This document shows positions 1 through 13,335 of a DNA stretch of 64,000 nt, piece by piece. How positions within the stretch are numbered: the first letter of the stretch is position 1; the number at the start of each line of letters is the position of its first letter. Under the pieces are notes generated by a model, which worked only from the letters and a program-made list of their open reading frames with translations, ran no database searches and had not been told where the DNA came from. The stretch is from Eledone cirrhosa (Eukaryota), in the NCBI GenBank assembly GCA_964016885.1, contig OZ024742.1, forward strand, positions 269,762,001 to 269,826,000. The letters run 5' to 3'. The translations under genes and the position numbers were made by a program.

Positions 1-3000
1 GAGCGCGTGTTTGCGCATCATCAGCCACGCCCTCCACGTACCGGGTGTTGACAGCAGATGGACCGCGTGACCATCGGAGCGCCACAAAAAGCGAAAGAGC
101 AAACGCTCCAGCGCAGTCAGGCGGGGCTTAGAATAAGGTACAACGGTCAGGCGGTAGTAGTTGACGGACGCGATGCACGCGTTAGCCACGTCCGCTCGAT
201 CTTTCAAGATAGTTTCCTCTCCGCCCATTTCTGGGCGAGAGAAGCCGCCCTGTTCGTCACCTCGACCCAGTTTTTCTCCGTCCGTCCAGTGGCCGACGAC
301 GCTGTTTGACGGCATGTACCTGCCTCTCTAGCTGCCGAGCTGCAGGCACACTGACTTTTTCTGGTTGATCATTGCTTCTGTCACCGCTTCGTATTCTCTT
401 AGTGTAGTGCCGATCGCCTCGATGTGTTTGGCGTTCGACACCACTATGGTGACATCGGCCGCATATGCTGACACGGATCTTCCGCATCCTAGTTCGCGCG
501 GGACCCCTCTCAACGTCTCCAGTTTATGCAGTACTGGCTCGAGAGTCAATACGTACAAGAGTGACGAGAGGGGGACATCCTTGGCGGACCAAGCGCATGA
601 TGTTGAACGGTTCCGAAAGGTGACCGTTCACTCTCACCACAGAGCAGATGTCGCTGTGCATGGCAGCGATCCAGCCTCTGAAGACGGGCCCAAAGCCAGC
701 CGCCCTCAGGACTGCCGCTGGGTAACGATGGTCGACACTATCGAAAGCTTTCGACTGATCTAAATTGATCAAGGACCCACCCGTGCCAGGTTCCCTAGCT
801 ACCCTCTCTACGATGTATCGCATGATATGGAGGTTGTCGTGGAAGGATCTGTCGGGAATGGCGCATGTCTGCGCCTCTCCCACCAGACCACCAACGACAA
901 GCGCCAACCTCTTTGCTAGCACATTGGCCAAAATCTTGAACTCTTTTATTTAGCAGAGTTATGGGCCTGAAATTATCTATGTTATCCCCCTTTTTTCGGA
1001 TCCTTTCTCAGTAGCACCACAGCTCCTTGGCTCACAGAGCGGGGAATTCTCCCGTTCTGTTGCCAGTTGCAGTAGACGTCCGCCAAGAGGCCTCCGAACA
1101 AGTTTGGCATCTGTACGTAAAGATCATAGGGCAGACCATCCAAACCAGGCGATTTACCCCTTGTGCAGCCAGTCACTGTCTCCCGAAATTCAGCGGCTGT
1201 TTTCAGCTTTTCGCAACACTCCGCCTCACTGGCCGAGAGCTGCGACAGTCCGTCGATGTAGACACTAAAGTCCATCCCTCGATCTGGCCCGCCGCTGCAC
1301 GCGAACAGCTGTGCGAAGTGTCGCTGAAAAGCTTCACACATTTGCCCGGGTCGAGTAGCATACACCCGTCGTGGTCCACCAAAGACCGGATTGTGGCTTT
1401 GTTGCCAAGACTAGCCTCTGCCACTCGGGCTCATTGAACGGCTTTCGTTCCCTCGTGTCTGAGAGTAAGCACCCTAGCTCTAACAACGCAGACTTCGTGC
1501 TTTGCATTGAAGAATTGGTCAAGGGCCAATTTCGCCGCAAGCACGTCGGTCGCGATGCCTTTGCTAAGGGCCTCGTCTAATTTTTTAACTAGTTCTCCCT
1601 CTGCTCTATTTTTCTCTATTGCTAAAGCCTTACTAAACCTAATGAACACTATTCTAATCGCTCTTTTCAGAGCAAACCACCAATTGTTGTTGACGATATC
1701 CCCAGTCAACTAGCTTAACTAGTTCGCTAATCCGGTCCCTGAAGGCCTTGCGCGCTGGTAAGAAAGCGTTTAGATTCCAGTAGACGTGTCCTCGTCTATG
1801 TTGCCTATCTAAGTCAAGCACACAGATTACGAATTTGTGGTCCATGTAGCTGACTGTCCTGAATTGTGGACAGCCTATGCTAGACCCATCTATTTCCCTC
1901 CAAAATACTCTATCTAGATATGATCTGGATGACCCTATTCGATTTGTCGAAGTCCACATTGGCACATTCGGGAAATCCAATTGGTACCTGTCAGACAGTT
2001 CAAAATGCCTGAGTAGGTTGGTGCGGCTCTTGCACCCTCCTCCCATATCCGCTAATCACACACGGTCCCAGCGTGCATCTAAGATCCCGTTCCAGTCGCC
2101 CACTAACACTAAAGAGCGGGACGTTCCAAAAAAGGTCTCCAGTCGCCGGAAGAAATCAGGCCGCCCTGCTCCTGTCGGGGCATAGACGGCCACTACCCTG
2201 AAAGCTTGCCCGTCTCCGCTGGTCACGTCTAGCACCACCAATTTACCTTCTGGGGCCAGGAAGATGGCCCGTATGGCGAGATCTAAACCTCTCCGAAAAA
2301 GCACAGCAACTCCTCCCCCCGATCCAGGACGGCTGGGAGATGCGTACACATCGTAACCGCCGAAGATTGGTGCTTCGGAGATTCTGGTCTCGCTGATGGC
2401 CACTACATCTATGTTTAGTGACCTGAGGTCGTTGAGCAGGTGGCCCTGCTTCCAAGCCACGCGCATTCATGCTGCCTATTCTGAGTGTGGTCATGTTGAA
2501 ATGGAGTTGAAAAGATGGGAAAGATCACTACTTTACTTCTCGTAGTGGAAGGATGGTTTCTCCATCCTTTTCATTGCTTGTGGCCTCCTCCGGAAGGATG
2601 TCCTTATAAATCCTAATGGAGAGTGCTTGTCGGAAGTCTCCGATGTCTTTGGGGAATTTTTGTTTTAGTTTCATGTACGTTTTCTGTGTGATGCGAGTGA
2701 TTTGTATGTGTGGAGGTGGTGTGAACATTTGGGTTGTTGTGTAGTCTTTTTCTGTGATGCTGGTGTTGTGTTGAATATAGTGTAATAATTGGTTGTTGTT
2801 CAAATTTAATGCTGTGTAGTGTGTATCGTTTGGGGTTGTTTTGTTTTGTGTGCGTTTGTTGTGGGTTTGTTTCTGTTTCGCTTTTTGGTGACTTTTGTGG
2901 TGTTGGTGATGGTGGTGTTGGGGTTAATGATTGTGATGGTGTTGGTGTTTGTGGTGATGGGGTTGGTGATGGTGGTGTGGATGGTGGCATATCTGTCCTA

Positions 3001-4620
3001 ACTTTTTTGTTTGATAGTTTATTTATTTCCCTCTGTATTTTGTTTTTGGAAGGGGAAGGTAGAGTATTTTTTCTTTTTTCCTGATACCGTTTCCCACTCC
3101 TCGTCGTCACAATCTGTCTCCAGTTGCGATAAGACGGGGACTGGAAAATCCTCCACAGGCGTTGGTTTTGGTTGTGGCGTGGTGGATGATGTAGGCGCTG
3201 GTGTTAGTTCTCGCGCGTTGGGTGGTGGTGGTGTTGGTTTTGCTACTGTTGCTGGGGTTGTTGCTGTTACTGCTGCTACAGTTGTTGCTGCCATCTCTGC
3301 TGCTGGTGGTGTTGATGGTTGAGTCACTGGGGTGATTAAGAGAGGTGGACTAAACGTTTTAGCCTGAGGGCAGAAAGCCTTTTGGCGAGTTCCTTCACCA
3401 CAAACGACACACCTAGGTCTTCTGCCCTCGACGATTACGGTGAGGTGGCTGCCGTTAGTGAGGTCTATTACCTCTGGGATATCCTTAATGCATTTTTGGT
3501 CCACTTGGATCAGCAGCTCCATCCCAGATCCGGACCAGTTCTCCTGCTTTTCTTTCGCTATTTCGATTAACTTGGTGTTGGCTTCGATGCCTGCGAGGAC
3601 GGCAGCTATTAGCCAGGGAATTTCGATGGCCGGTGGAACGTGGGTCACCCTGATCTTCACGAGTCTCTGGCCACAATAGCTTGGGACGTGTGTGAAGTCG
3701 TCACTTCTTAATGGGGCCATGGAGTGTTTCTGGCCTCCTGTTATGTTTCAAAGAACACGTCCACGGTTCCATATTTCTGCCCACGTCTGATGTGGGGTTT
3801 TTGTCCCACACATGTCCCAAAGCTTTTTTGATTTGGGACTCGGATGCCCGTTCCACTCGGCGCGATTTTATGTTAATCGTCCGATAAGACACGGTGCATA
3901 GGCGCCGATGCTCCATTTTATTAGGAGGGATGGGGGGGGGGGGGCTGACCCTGTACCCATATTTCTTTACCATTTTTTTGGTTTCTTCTAATTCCTCCTG
4001 AGTTACCTGGTATGCTTCGCACTGTTTTGCTACTCTGGCAAAACTAAGGGTGATTTTCTTAATTTCATTGTTGCTGTTGTTGTTATCGTTATTTTTGTTA
4101 TTGTTAATTTTGGTTTCAGTTGTGGTGGTAGTGGCGTCAGTGGTGTTCGGTGTGGAAGAGTTCATTTTGGTTGAATTCATTTCGATATCACGAGTTAATT
4201 TATTTTTTTCTTTTGTTTCTGTTGTCGCTGTGGTGGTGGTGGGGGTGGGGTAGTGGCGGCTTTAATACCTGCAGTCATTTTTAATGGCGGGAAATTAATG
4301 TACTGCTTATATTTTTAGTGTTTGCAAACGTAGTAATATTTACAATGGTGGTATCGGTGTGAGGTGTTAGTTTGTGAGTAAGGTGTGACTCTGTGTCGTC
4401 CATGATTTTTCAAAGAAAAATCTTTGTTTGATAATTATAAAAGTTTATATTTTGGGCTCAAGGCTCCAATCTTTTTGAGTGTCCTTTTCAGAAAACAATG
4501 TATGTGCATTTATATACAGTTAACAATAAAGTTTTTCCATAAATGGCAATTTTAAACAACTGAAAATAACAAACCTTGGCGGAGTTCACGATAATAAGAT
4601 TTACTACGTAGGTCGCCAAT
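1..4620 (-). mobile_element. Tx1/L1-clade non-LTR retrotransposon, degenerate; 3' part runs off the window edge
   Basis: Frameshifted ORF1 pieces (4180-2528; degenerate zinc knuckle CVVCGEGTRQKAFC, Pro/Thr-rich tract). ORF2 pieces from 2494 show an APE endonuclease (NARGL, ISETR, VYAP, GDWN, SYLDRVF) and RT (KSPGLDG, LDQSKAFDSVDH, RQGCP, AYAADV). The 5' end abuts (AAT)n at 4621. Confidence 0.93.
2528..4180 (-). pseudogene. ORF1 (gag-like) of the first Tx1 copy, frameshifted
   Basis: ORF fragments 3701-4180, 3019-3720, 2613-3110 and 2528-2803 are homologous to ORF1 at 18970-21117 (ISFA.VAK, PSYCGQ..V, EG.RP.C..CG). Confidence 0.8.

Positions 4621-4657
<37 letters not shown>
4621..4657. repeat. 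(AAT)n microsatellite
   Basis: About 12 AAT units seen directly. Confidence 0.95.
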
Positions 4658-4658
<1 letters not shown>

Positions 4659-5094
4659 GACCACATCACCACCACCACTGCCTAATAATGATTTATCGCT
4701 ACCGACGCTATTCTCTCCCACTACCTCCCGCTAGTTGCTGCTAGCACAGCACCGCCACCACTACCACCACCACTGCCTCATTATCACTACCGCCGCTATT
4801 CTCTCCCGCTACCCCTGCTACATCGTAGAACCCCACTAAAAGAGGAAGGCATCAAAATATATAAATAGACTGAATTGATGACCCGGTCAAAATAAACAAA
4901 ACAAAAATAAAAATCAAAGCAGCACAGCAACAACGAAAAACGTAAAGAAAATAAGAATGAAGAGAAAAACAAACAGACGGACAGAAAAGGGAAGGGAAAA
5001 ACTAAATCAGACATTCAAACACTACATTACAATGAATCTGATACTTATTTATTTTGAGGGTTTTTTTTGCCTGTTTGTTTGTTTGTTTATTTAT

Positions 5095-8000
5095 GTTCGT
5101 CTACAGCGTGATAATGCCACACACATATCACGTGGAGTGACGGAACCACCGGAGACGAAGAATTCACCGGTGGTTATGTAACCATACATTCGCCAATCCT
5201 CGATAAGAGTGTTTAAATGTCGAACCTAAACAGTTCGAATAACGGTGAAATGGAGACTAGAACGTCATGTGACAGACTCTCACCCAACAGGTGCTCCCTG
5301 GCTCAGCAGCAGGGAACTGGCTGTCAACCAAATACTGCTGGTGTCGGGGGAAGAAGAAGAAGGAAAGGGACCAGAACCAACTGGACGAATGAATTGAATA
5401 GAATTGTTATGCAATGTTACCTGAAGAGTAACCCCAAGGAGAAAGGCTATAGGAAACGGATGCATAACATCTGGAACGAGATTGGTCTATTTAAATTCCA
5501 TGAACAAAAATTGGCCGGGCAGGCTCGGGTAATAAGAACTAATGGAGGGATAAGCGAGCTGGAACTGGAGGAACTGAGCAGAGAGATTAGCTTGGAGATG
5601 GAGAGTGGAGTATGCCAGGCAAACGAGCCAGTGGGAAATGAAGGTGAAGAGGTCGAGAGAACGGAAGAACCACCGGAAGCAGACAATGATCTGAATGCTG
5701 AGATGGATAATACCCGGAACAGAGATACGGCCACTGAGGAGATGAATGCTGTTGGGCTAGGACAAGATTTGGTTGATATCATAAACTTAGTGGTAGATGA
5801 ATTGTACAATGATAGTGGGAGGCCTATGAACCTAAGGTTTGTAGACAGGAAAAAGTTAAAAGAAACAACAGCTAAGGTAAACAAAGTCATCCCATACCTT
5901 GAGGCGAGGAGCCTTCACCAGTGCAACAATATCCTCAAAGCAACAGCAAATACGGTGAGGAAACTACTTGGTATAAAAGCGAGAGGAAACAAGAGACAGG
6001 AAAGAGCAGAGCCTTGGTGAAAGAAACGACTGAGTGGTCAAATCAGGGAAATGAGAAATGACATTGGAAAGCTTGAGACCCTACTGTATAGGACACTAAA
6101 AAACATAGACACTAAAAATAGACTGGAAATAAAGTACAAAACTAGGAGGAAAAAGCTAAATATTATCATAGAGGAACTGAAGCAACGCATTGTAGCAAAG
6201 AGTGCAAAAATCAGGCGATACGAGAACAGAGTCAGTCAGTATAAACAGAACCGCATGTTCGACAACAACCAGAAGATTATGTTTGGACAGCTTGAAGGGA
6301 AAGAAAGAGGCAACAACTTGAACCCTGAGGCGGAACAAACTAAAACATTCTGGAGAGGAATATGGGAGCAGGATGTTAAACATAATAACCAGGCAGTGTG
6401 TATTGAGACAGTACAGAAGGAGATTAGTGAACAGGCACACGAACAAACTGATTTGAGTATCACAGTTGAAACTCTTAAGGGGCAGGCCAAAAAACAAACC
6501 AACTGGAAATCACCAGGCCCAGATGGTGTGGAGGGGTATTGGATTAAAAATATAACATCCCTCCACCCGAAACTGACAACCATGTTCAATGACTGCTTGA
6601 TGTCAGGTGAGGTACAAGAGTGGTTGACAAAAGGTACTACAGTTCTGATAATGAAAGACCGAATCAAGAGTAATGATGTTACCAACTATAGACCTATCAC
6701 ATGTCTGTCCGTAATGTGGAAACTGCTAACAAGCATTATGTCTGAGGAAATCTTCCATCACCTCCACACAAACAACTTGTTACCGGACGAATAGAAAGGA
6801 TGCCGAAATAAGTCACGTGGTACAAAGGACCAGGTACTTATTGAAATGATGGTAAAGAGGAATTGCAAGAGGAGACACACTGGTCTTGCCATGGGATGGA
6901 TAGACTACAAAAAGGCATTCGACATGGTACGTCATTCTTGGATAACCAAAAGCCTGCAAATCTTCAAGGTGGCAGATAACATCAGACAAAAGTATGAAGT
7001 TATGTGAAACAAAGTTAACATCAACTGGAGAATCCTTGGGAAGCGTGAAGATCAAGAGAGGTATCTTCCAGGGAGATAGTCTGTCCTCTCTGTTTATTGT
7101 CCTTGCCCTGATGCCCCTGACCAGTGTACTGCGAAAAGTGAGAGCAGGATACAGGTTGGGAAAGGGATGGCTTACCATCAATCACCTGCTCGTTATGGAC
7201 GATCTTAAGCTCTTCTGGAAGAGTGAGAAGGATTTGGATGTGCTTGTTGACACTGTTCGTATTTTCACCAATGATATATGTATGCAATTTGGTATTAGTA
7301 AGTATGGAGTCATTGTGATGAGGAGGGGTAAGTTGAGCAGAAGTAACGGAATCCAGGTACCAACAGGTGAGATGATAAAGGAAATTGACTCTGAAGAAGG
7401 ATACAAGTATTTGGGCGTTCTGGAGGCTGATGACATCAAGAACAAAAAAATGAAGGAATTGATCAGAACTGAATACATTCAGAGAGTAAGGAGCGTATTA
7501 AAGACACATCTGAACAGTAGGAATGCCATAAGTGCAGTAAATTCCCAAGCTGTGTCTATTATTAGGTACAGTGCGGGAATTCTGAGATGGAATGTTGCTG
7601 AACAGAAAGAAATGGATAGGAAGACTGGGAAGCTATTGACTATCTACAACATGTTCCACAAGAGGAGTGATGTCGATAGACTCTACTTAAGGAGATCTGT
7701 GGGTGGAAGAGGTCTTATCATCATAGAGGACTGTGTTCAGATGGAGAAAAACAACCTACACAAATACGTGACTGATAGTAAGGAGCCAATGCTCAGAACT
7801 GTACTGAAGGAGGGGACAATAGGCCAGAGGATGTCCAAGGAGGAAATAACATGAAGTAGAAAGAGCAGCCTTCAGGAAAAATCCCTTCATAGTACCTTCT
7901 TTGAGAAAACTGAATTTAGAGATCCACAGACATGGAACTGATTGAAAAGAGGAGACCTTAAAAAGACTACAGAAGGAATGTTAATGGCTGCGCAGGAGCA

Positions 8001-8732
8001 GGCCCTCAAAATGAAGTGGTTGAAACACCATATTTACAATGAGGAGGCTAGCCCACTGTGCAGTATCTGTGGAAAGAGAGAGAGGAGACTGTGGCTCACA
8101 TTATATCCGAGTGTAAACACCTAGCCCAGACTCACTATAAAGGCTAGAGACATGATGTGATGGGCAGGGTGATCCACTGGCACTTTTCAAAGTAAACAAT
8201 TTACCACATTCTGAGAAGAGTATGAGCATAAGCCAGAGTCGGTGATAGAAAACGATTAGGTGAAGGTACTGTGGGATTTTAGGACACAGACGGACTAGAA
8301 ACTGTAACACAATTGACCTGACCTGGTGGTTTTGGGCAAGGAAAAAAGATCGTGCCTGATTGTGGATGTAGCCTGCCCATTCGACACGAGAGTGCAAGAG
8401 AAGGAGAGGAAGACAATTAACCGATACCAGGACTTAAAGTGGGAGGTAAAAAGGACTTGGAACTGCCATGAAGTCAAAGTGGTCCCGATTGTCATAGGCG
8501 CACTAGGTACTATCTCAAAAAGTTTCCAGGGATAGTTAAAGAAAATTGGAACACTTCAAAAGGCATGCTTGCTAGGAACAGCAAGAACCCTCCGACACGT
8601 TCTGAATATCTGAGGCTGCAGGCTTGATATTCAATTCAACACACTTTCCAGTTGACTAACATCAATGACTGAGACTCAAAGAACAATAATAATAATAACA
8701 ATAATAATAATAATAACAATAAAAATAATAAT
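5095..8732 (+). mobile_element. Dong/R4-clade non-LTR retrotransposon (family A), near full length, RT plus restriction-like endonuclease, disrupted
   Basis: Single ORF 5217-8613 broken by stops and frameshifts. Motifs: [54 protein letters not shown] zinc knuckle, PDLVVL..CLIVDVACPFD. It ends in an (AAT/AAC)n tract at 8684-8732. Confidence 0.92.
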
Positions 8733-8734
8733 AC

Positions 8735-11332
8735 ATAGAAATTTTAACAAACTACAATGTAACAAACTAGCGAATATACGAAGAAACATTGTTAAAAAAA
8801 GTTACTAACTGATATGGAAATTGATCAGATCAAGTTATTGGCACAGGATCAGCGAAGGGAAATTTAAACATGTGACAGTGAAAACGAGGTAAATTGTAAC
8901 ACTTCGTATCCCAGGGTTGGGGCGGAATCACTGACAGCAGAACAAATTAAAGAAAGTATCGAAAAAGTGGAGGGAGTGCATGATCAAGATGAACCTCAAA
9001 ATGAAAACAATTAGATCATAAATGATAAAGAAATGAGTGAGAATGAACTTGCCAACTTGAAGGAGGAAATCATGATCGAATGGATGAAAATCAAAGAATC
9101 TGACATGGGGGAACGAGACACTCTCCAAAAGATAATACACAAGACTAACATAATTCTAAAAAAAATTATTATCGCAAAGAAACTAAATATTACTGATCTA
9201 AATCATCTCTATTATGAATCGGCTAAATTCACCACTCACTTATGTGGAGTGAAAATGAAAAAAACAAAGGAATTCCCACAAGAAATCTACTTGGCAAGAG
9301 AACATCAATCGCCAAATAAACCTTCTCCGATCTGATATAGAAATTTTAACAAACTACAAAGTAGGTGAACATGTTAAACAAACTAAACTTAGAAAATTGA
9401 AAAGAAAATACAGTATAAAATCAACAAGTGGCATAGACATGCTGACAGATATAATCAAGCAAAAACTGTCGATCAAAGCTGCTTGTATAAGGCGCTTTGA
9501 AAAACGATCTAGATTATATAAGGACAATAATATGTTCAAAATCAAACAAAGAAACTTCTACAGAAAAATTGGCAATTCAACAATAACTACTAAATCAATA
9601 CCACCCAAGGAGGAAGTGTCAGATTTCTGGGAAAAGATCTGGGCCGAACAAAAAGTTCATAATATACATGCCCTATGGATAGACAGACAAATGAAAGATA
9701 CAGCTCACCTTGAGGAACAAATATGGGAAAAATATAACATTTGAACAGTTGCGTTTGGCTCTTAGAAAGACCAGCAAATGGAAATTCCCAGGAAAAGACA
9801 AAATACCAAATTTGTAGATAAATGCCTTCACAGAGTCTCATGAGCTGTTAGCCCAACTTTACAATGAAATAGTTAAGGAGCCAGAAAAGATACCATCATG
9901 GCTAGTTAACTGCATTACATTCCTGCTTCCGAAGAATGATGAGACAAAGAATCCCAAAAATTACAGACCGATAACTTGCTTGACAACAATGTATAAAATG
10001 TTAGCATCAGTCCTAACTTAATATACATATGACCACCTGATAACAAATGACCTATTTCCCAATGAGCAGTAAGGGTGTAAACGAGGCTTATATGGTTGTA
10101 AGGATCAGCTTTTGGTTAACAAAATGATACTGGGAGATTGTCATAATAGGCACAAAATTCTATCTGTTGCTTGGATAGATTATAAAAAAACATTCGATAG
10201 TTTACCACACAGTTGGATTGAGGAAACTTACAAATATCTAGGTGTTTGTCAATGAGACGGAATCAAGCACTCGACAATGAGGTAAAGGATAAGGAAGGAA
10301 TGTTACCGCAGAGTAAGAGCAATCTTAAGAACGGAATTGAATGCAAGGAATATGATCGATGCCATAAACACGCTTGCCATACAAGTAGTAACCTACAGTT
10401 ACAATATCATCAACTCGTCAAGCACAGAGATCCGTCGGCTCGATAAAAAAATTAGAACATTCTTAACTATGCACAGAATGCATCACACGAAGGCAGATAC
10501 AGATAGAATATATCTCCATAGGAAAGAAGGAGGACTAGGGATTAATCCAGTTAGATATTGCGTTGAAAACTGCAACAATTTGATTATCTACATACCTAAG
10601 GGAATCACATGTTGGATGATCAAACTCGTTTTGAAACACGAAAGCATCAAAAGATCATACTCCATTACAAAAGATGCGCAAAGATACAGTAATGGAGTAC
10701 AATTTTCAGAAGTCCCATTTACTGCTGAAATTAAAAACACAGAAAAAGCAAAGCAGATAAAAGTAACTGCAAAGAAAGAACTGCTACAGAAACTGGCTAA
10801 GAAATGGCAAGAAAAGCCCCTGTATGGAAAATACCCAGAAAGAGCTAACAATCCTGATGTTGACAACACTTTAACCCATCAGTGGTTGGCATCCTCTGGA
10901 CTGAAATCGGAGACTGAAGAACTGATTATATCAGCACAAGATCAGTGTCTGCAAACAAAAAATTAACAAGCCAACATAATAAAAAATTGATGCAACCCAT
11001 TATGCCGTGTATGTAACACAGAACCAGAGAGTATTGATCATATGATTTCAATGTGCTGTCCTATAGCTCCAACTGAATACCTAAACAGGCATGACAGAGC
11101 TGCACAATACATACATTGGATAATGTGTAAGCATTTTGAAATGCCCCATCAAATGAATTGGTGGGAGCATCAACCACCTCCCATAGTTAAAAAGATCACA
11201 TCTCAATCTTGTGGAACTTTAGTATCCAAGTAGGACCGAAAAAAGATGCAAATAGACCTGATACAATACTGAAGGACTTAAAAAAAGGGTATGTCTGCTA
11301 ATTGATATGCCCGTTCCAATAGACAAGAACGT
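8735..11332 (+). mobile_element. Dong/R4-clade element (family B), degenerate, internally deleted and 3'-truncated
   Basis: Motifs NYRPITCL, GCKDQLL, IDYKK, KYLG, MHHTKADTDRIYL..GGLG, AQDQCL, CRVC, HDRAA and RPD. The RT core QGD/YMDD region is missing around 10225. Confidence 0.88.
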
Positions 11333-12003
11333 TTACAAGGAGGAGACCAGCCCACTGTGCATGATCTGTGGAGAGAGAGGGAGAGGAGACTGTGGCTCAC
11401 ATTGTATCCGAGTGTAAACACCTAGCCCAGACTCACTATAAAGGCTGGAGACATGATGTGATGGGCAGGGTGATCCACTGGAACTTATCAAAGTAAACAA
11501 TTTACCACATTCTGAGAAGAGTATGAGCATAAGCCAGAGTCGGTGATAGAAAACTATCAGGTGAAGGTGCTGTGGGGTTTCAGGAAACAGACGGACAAGA
11601 AACTGGAACACAATAGACCTGACTTGGTGGTTTTAGACAAGGAAAAGAGATCGTGCCTGATTGTGGATGTAGCCTGCCCATTCGACACGAGAGTGCATGA
11701 GAAGGAGAGGCTTAAAATTAATCGATACCAGGACTTAAAGTGGGAGGTGAAAAGGATTTGGAACTGCCATGAAGTCAAAGTGGTCCCGTTTGTCATAGGC
11801 GCACTAGGTACTCTCTCAAAGAGTTTCCAAGGATGGTGAAACAAAATTGACCCCGCCCCGCTTTTTGGAACACTTCAAAAGGCATGCTTGCTGCGATACG
11901 TCCTGAATATCTGAGGCTGCAGGTAGCTGCTTGATATTCAAACTTTCCAGTTAAATAACATCAACGACTGAGACTCAACGAACAATAATAATAATAATAA
12001 TAA
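11333..12003 (+). mobile_element. 3' fragment of Dong/R4 family A with (AAT)n tail
   Basis: Closely matches 8033-8690 (HNRPDLVVLDK..CLIVDVACPFD); AAT tract at 11983-12003. Confidence 0.9.
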
Positions 12004-12167
12004 TTGTTTCTACGTTAGGCACAAGGCCAGCAATTACCCAGTGCATTACTGGTACTTTATTTTATCGACCCCGTAGGGATAAAAGGCAAAGTCAACCTCG
12101 GCGGGATTTGAAATCAGATCGTAAAGGGACGTAACTATGCTGGAAAGCATGTCGTCCGACCCTCTAT
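12004..12167 (-). mobile_element. tRNA-derived SINE with a Meta-like central domain
   Basis: Minus strand has a B-box-like TTCAAATCC and GCCTTTTATCCCTACGGGGTCGATAAAATAAAGTACCAG, then a (TTA)n tail; at least 6 copies in the window. Confidence 0.85.
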
Positions 12168-12187
12168 AATAATAATAATAATAATAA

Positions 12188-12370
12188 TTGTTTCTACGGT
12201 TGGCCCAAGGCAAGCAATTAACCAGTGCATTACTGGTACTTTATTTTATCGGGCCCGTAAGGATGAAAGGCAAAGTTAACTTCGGGGAGATTAGATCTCA
12301 GAATGGCAAGGGCCGTAACTTTATACGTCAAAGCATGTCGTCCGACCCTCTACAGATACTGCCAATCCAT
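12188..12370 (-). mobile_element. Second copy of the same SINE
   Basis: Homologous to 12004-12167, between AAT tracts. Confidence 0.85.
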
Positions 12371-12379
12371 AATAATAAT

Positions 12380-13335
12380 AAGCCAAAGAAAGATCTACTA
12401 TATAAACTGGCTGAGAAATGGCAACGAAAGCCTCCGTATGGAAAATACCCAGAAAGAGCTAACAATGCTGATGTTGACAATAATTTAACCCATGAGTGGT
12501 TGGCATCCTCTGGACTGAAATCGGAGACTGAATGATTGATTATATTAGTACAAGATCAGTGTCTGCCAACAAAAAATTACCAAGCCAACATAAGAGAAAA
12601 TGGATGCAACCTATTATGCCGTGTATCTTAAAAAACTATCATATAATTTCATGTGCAGACCTATAGCTCCAACCGAATACCTAAACAGGCACGACAGAGC
12701 TGCACAATAAAGACACTGGATAATGTGTAAGCACTTTGACCTGCCAAATCAAAAGAATTGGTGGGAGCATCAACCACCTGCCGTACTTGAAAAAGATCAC
12801 ATCTCAATATTGTGGAACTTTAGCATCCAAACAGACCGAGAAATAGATGCAAATAGACCTGATATAATATTGAAGGTCTTTAAAAAGAGGGTATGCCTGC
12901 TAATTGATATGTCCGTTCCAATAGACAAGAATGTACTCATAAAAACATTTGAAAAATTGAGGAAGTATAAGGACCTGTAGATAGAAATTAGAAAAATGTG
13001 GAAATTGAGAACTAAAACAATACCAGTGGTTGTAGGCGCTCTGGGAATGAAACCTAGGGGTTCTAATTATTACTTATCGGAAATCCCAGGAAACCCGCGT
13101 ATATAAGAAATATCAAAGATAGTACTAATGGGAACTGCCCATATACTAAGGAAGATTCTGTCAATATAAGTACATCATCATTCTAAACACCTAAATATGC
13201 ATGTGTATATGTATGTTTTTTCTTCAACATGGCGGACCTTGTTGTCTCTTGAGGTCACTGGTTATGACTTGGTGATAACTGGTATGAACATAAAGCAAGA
13301 TAAATGCAACACTAATAATAATAATAACAACAACA
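12380..13335 (+). mobile_element. 3' fragment of Dong/R4 family B with 3' UTR and (AAT/AAC)n tail
   Basis: Matches 10770-11330 and continues through NRPDIIL..CLLIDMSVP..KYKDL..IPVVVGALG..GTAHILRKIL. Confidence 0.9.

Noticed and set aside
5095-5216. HDV-like ribozyme in the Dong 5' UTR (hairpin AACCACCGG/CCGGTGGTT, TCCTCG nearby)
   Set aside because: I could not assemble the P1/P2/P3 pseudoknot by eye.
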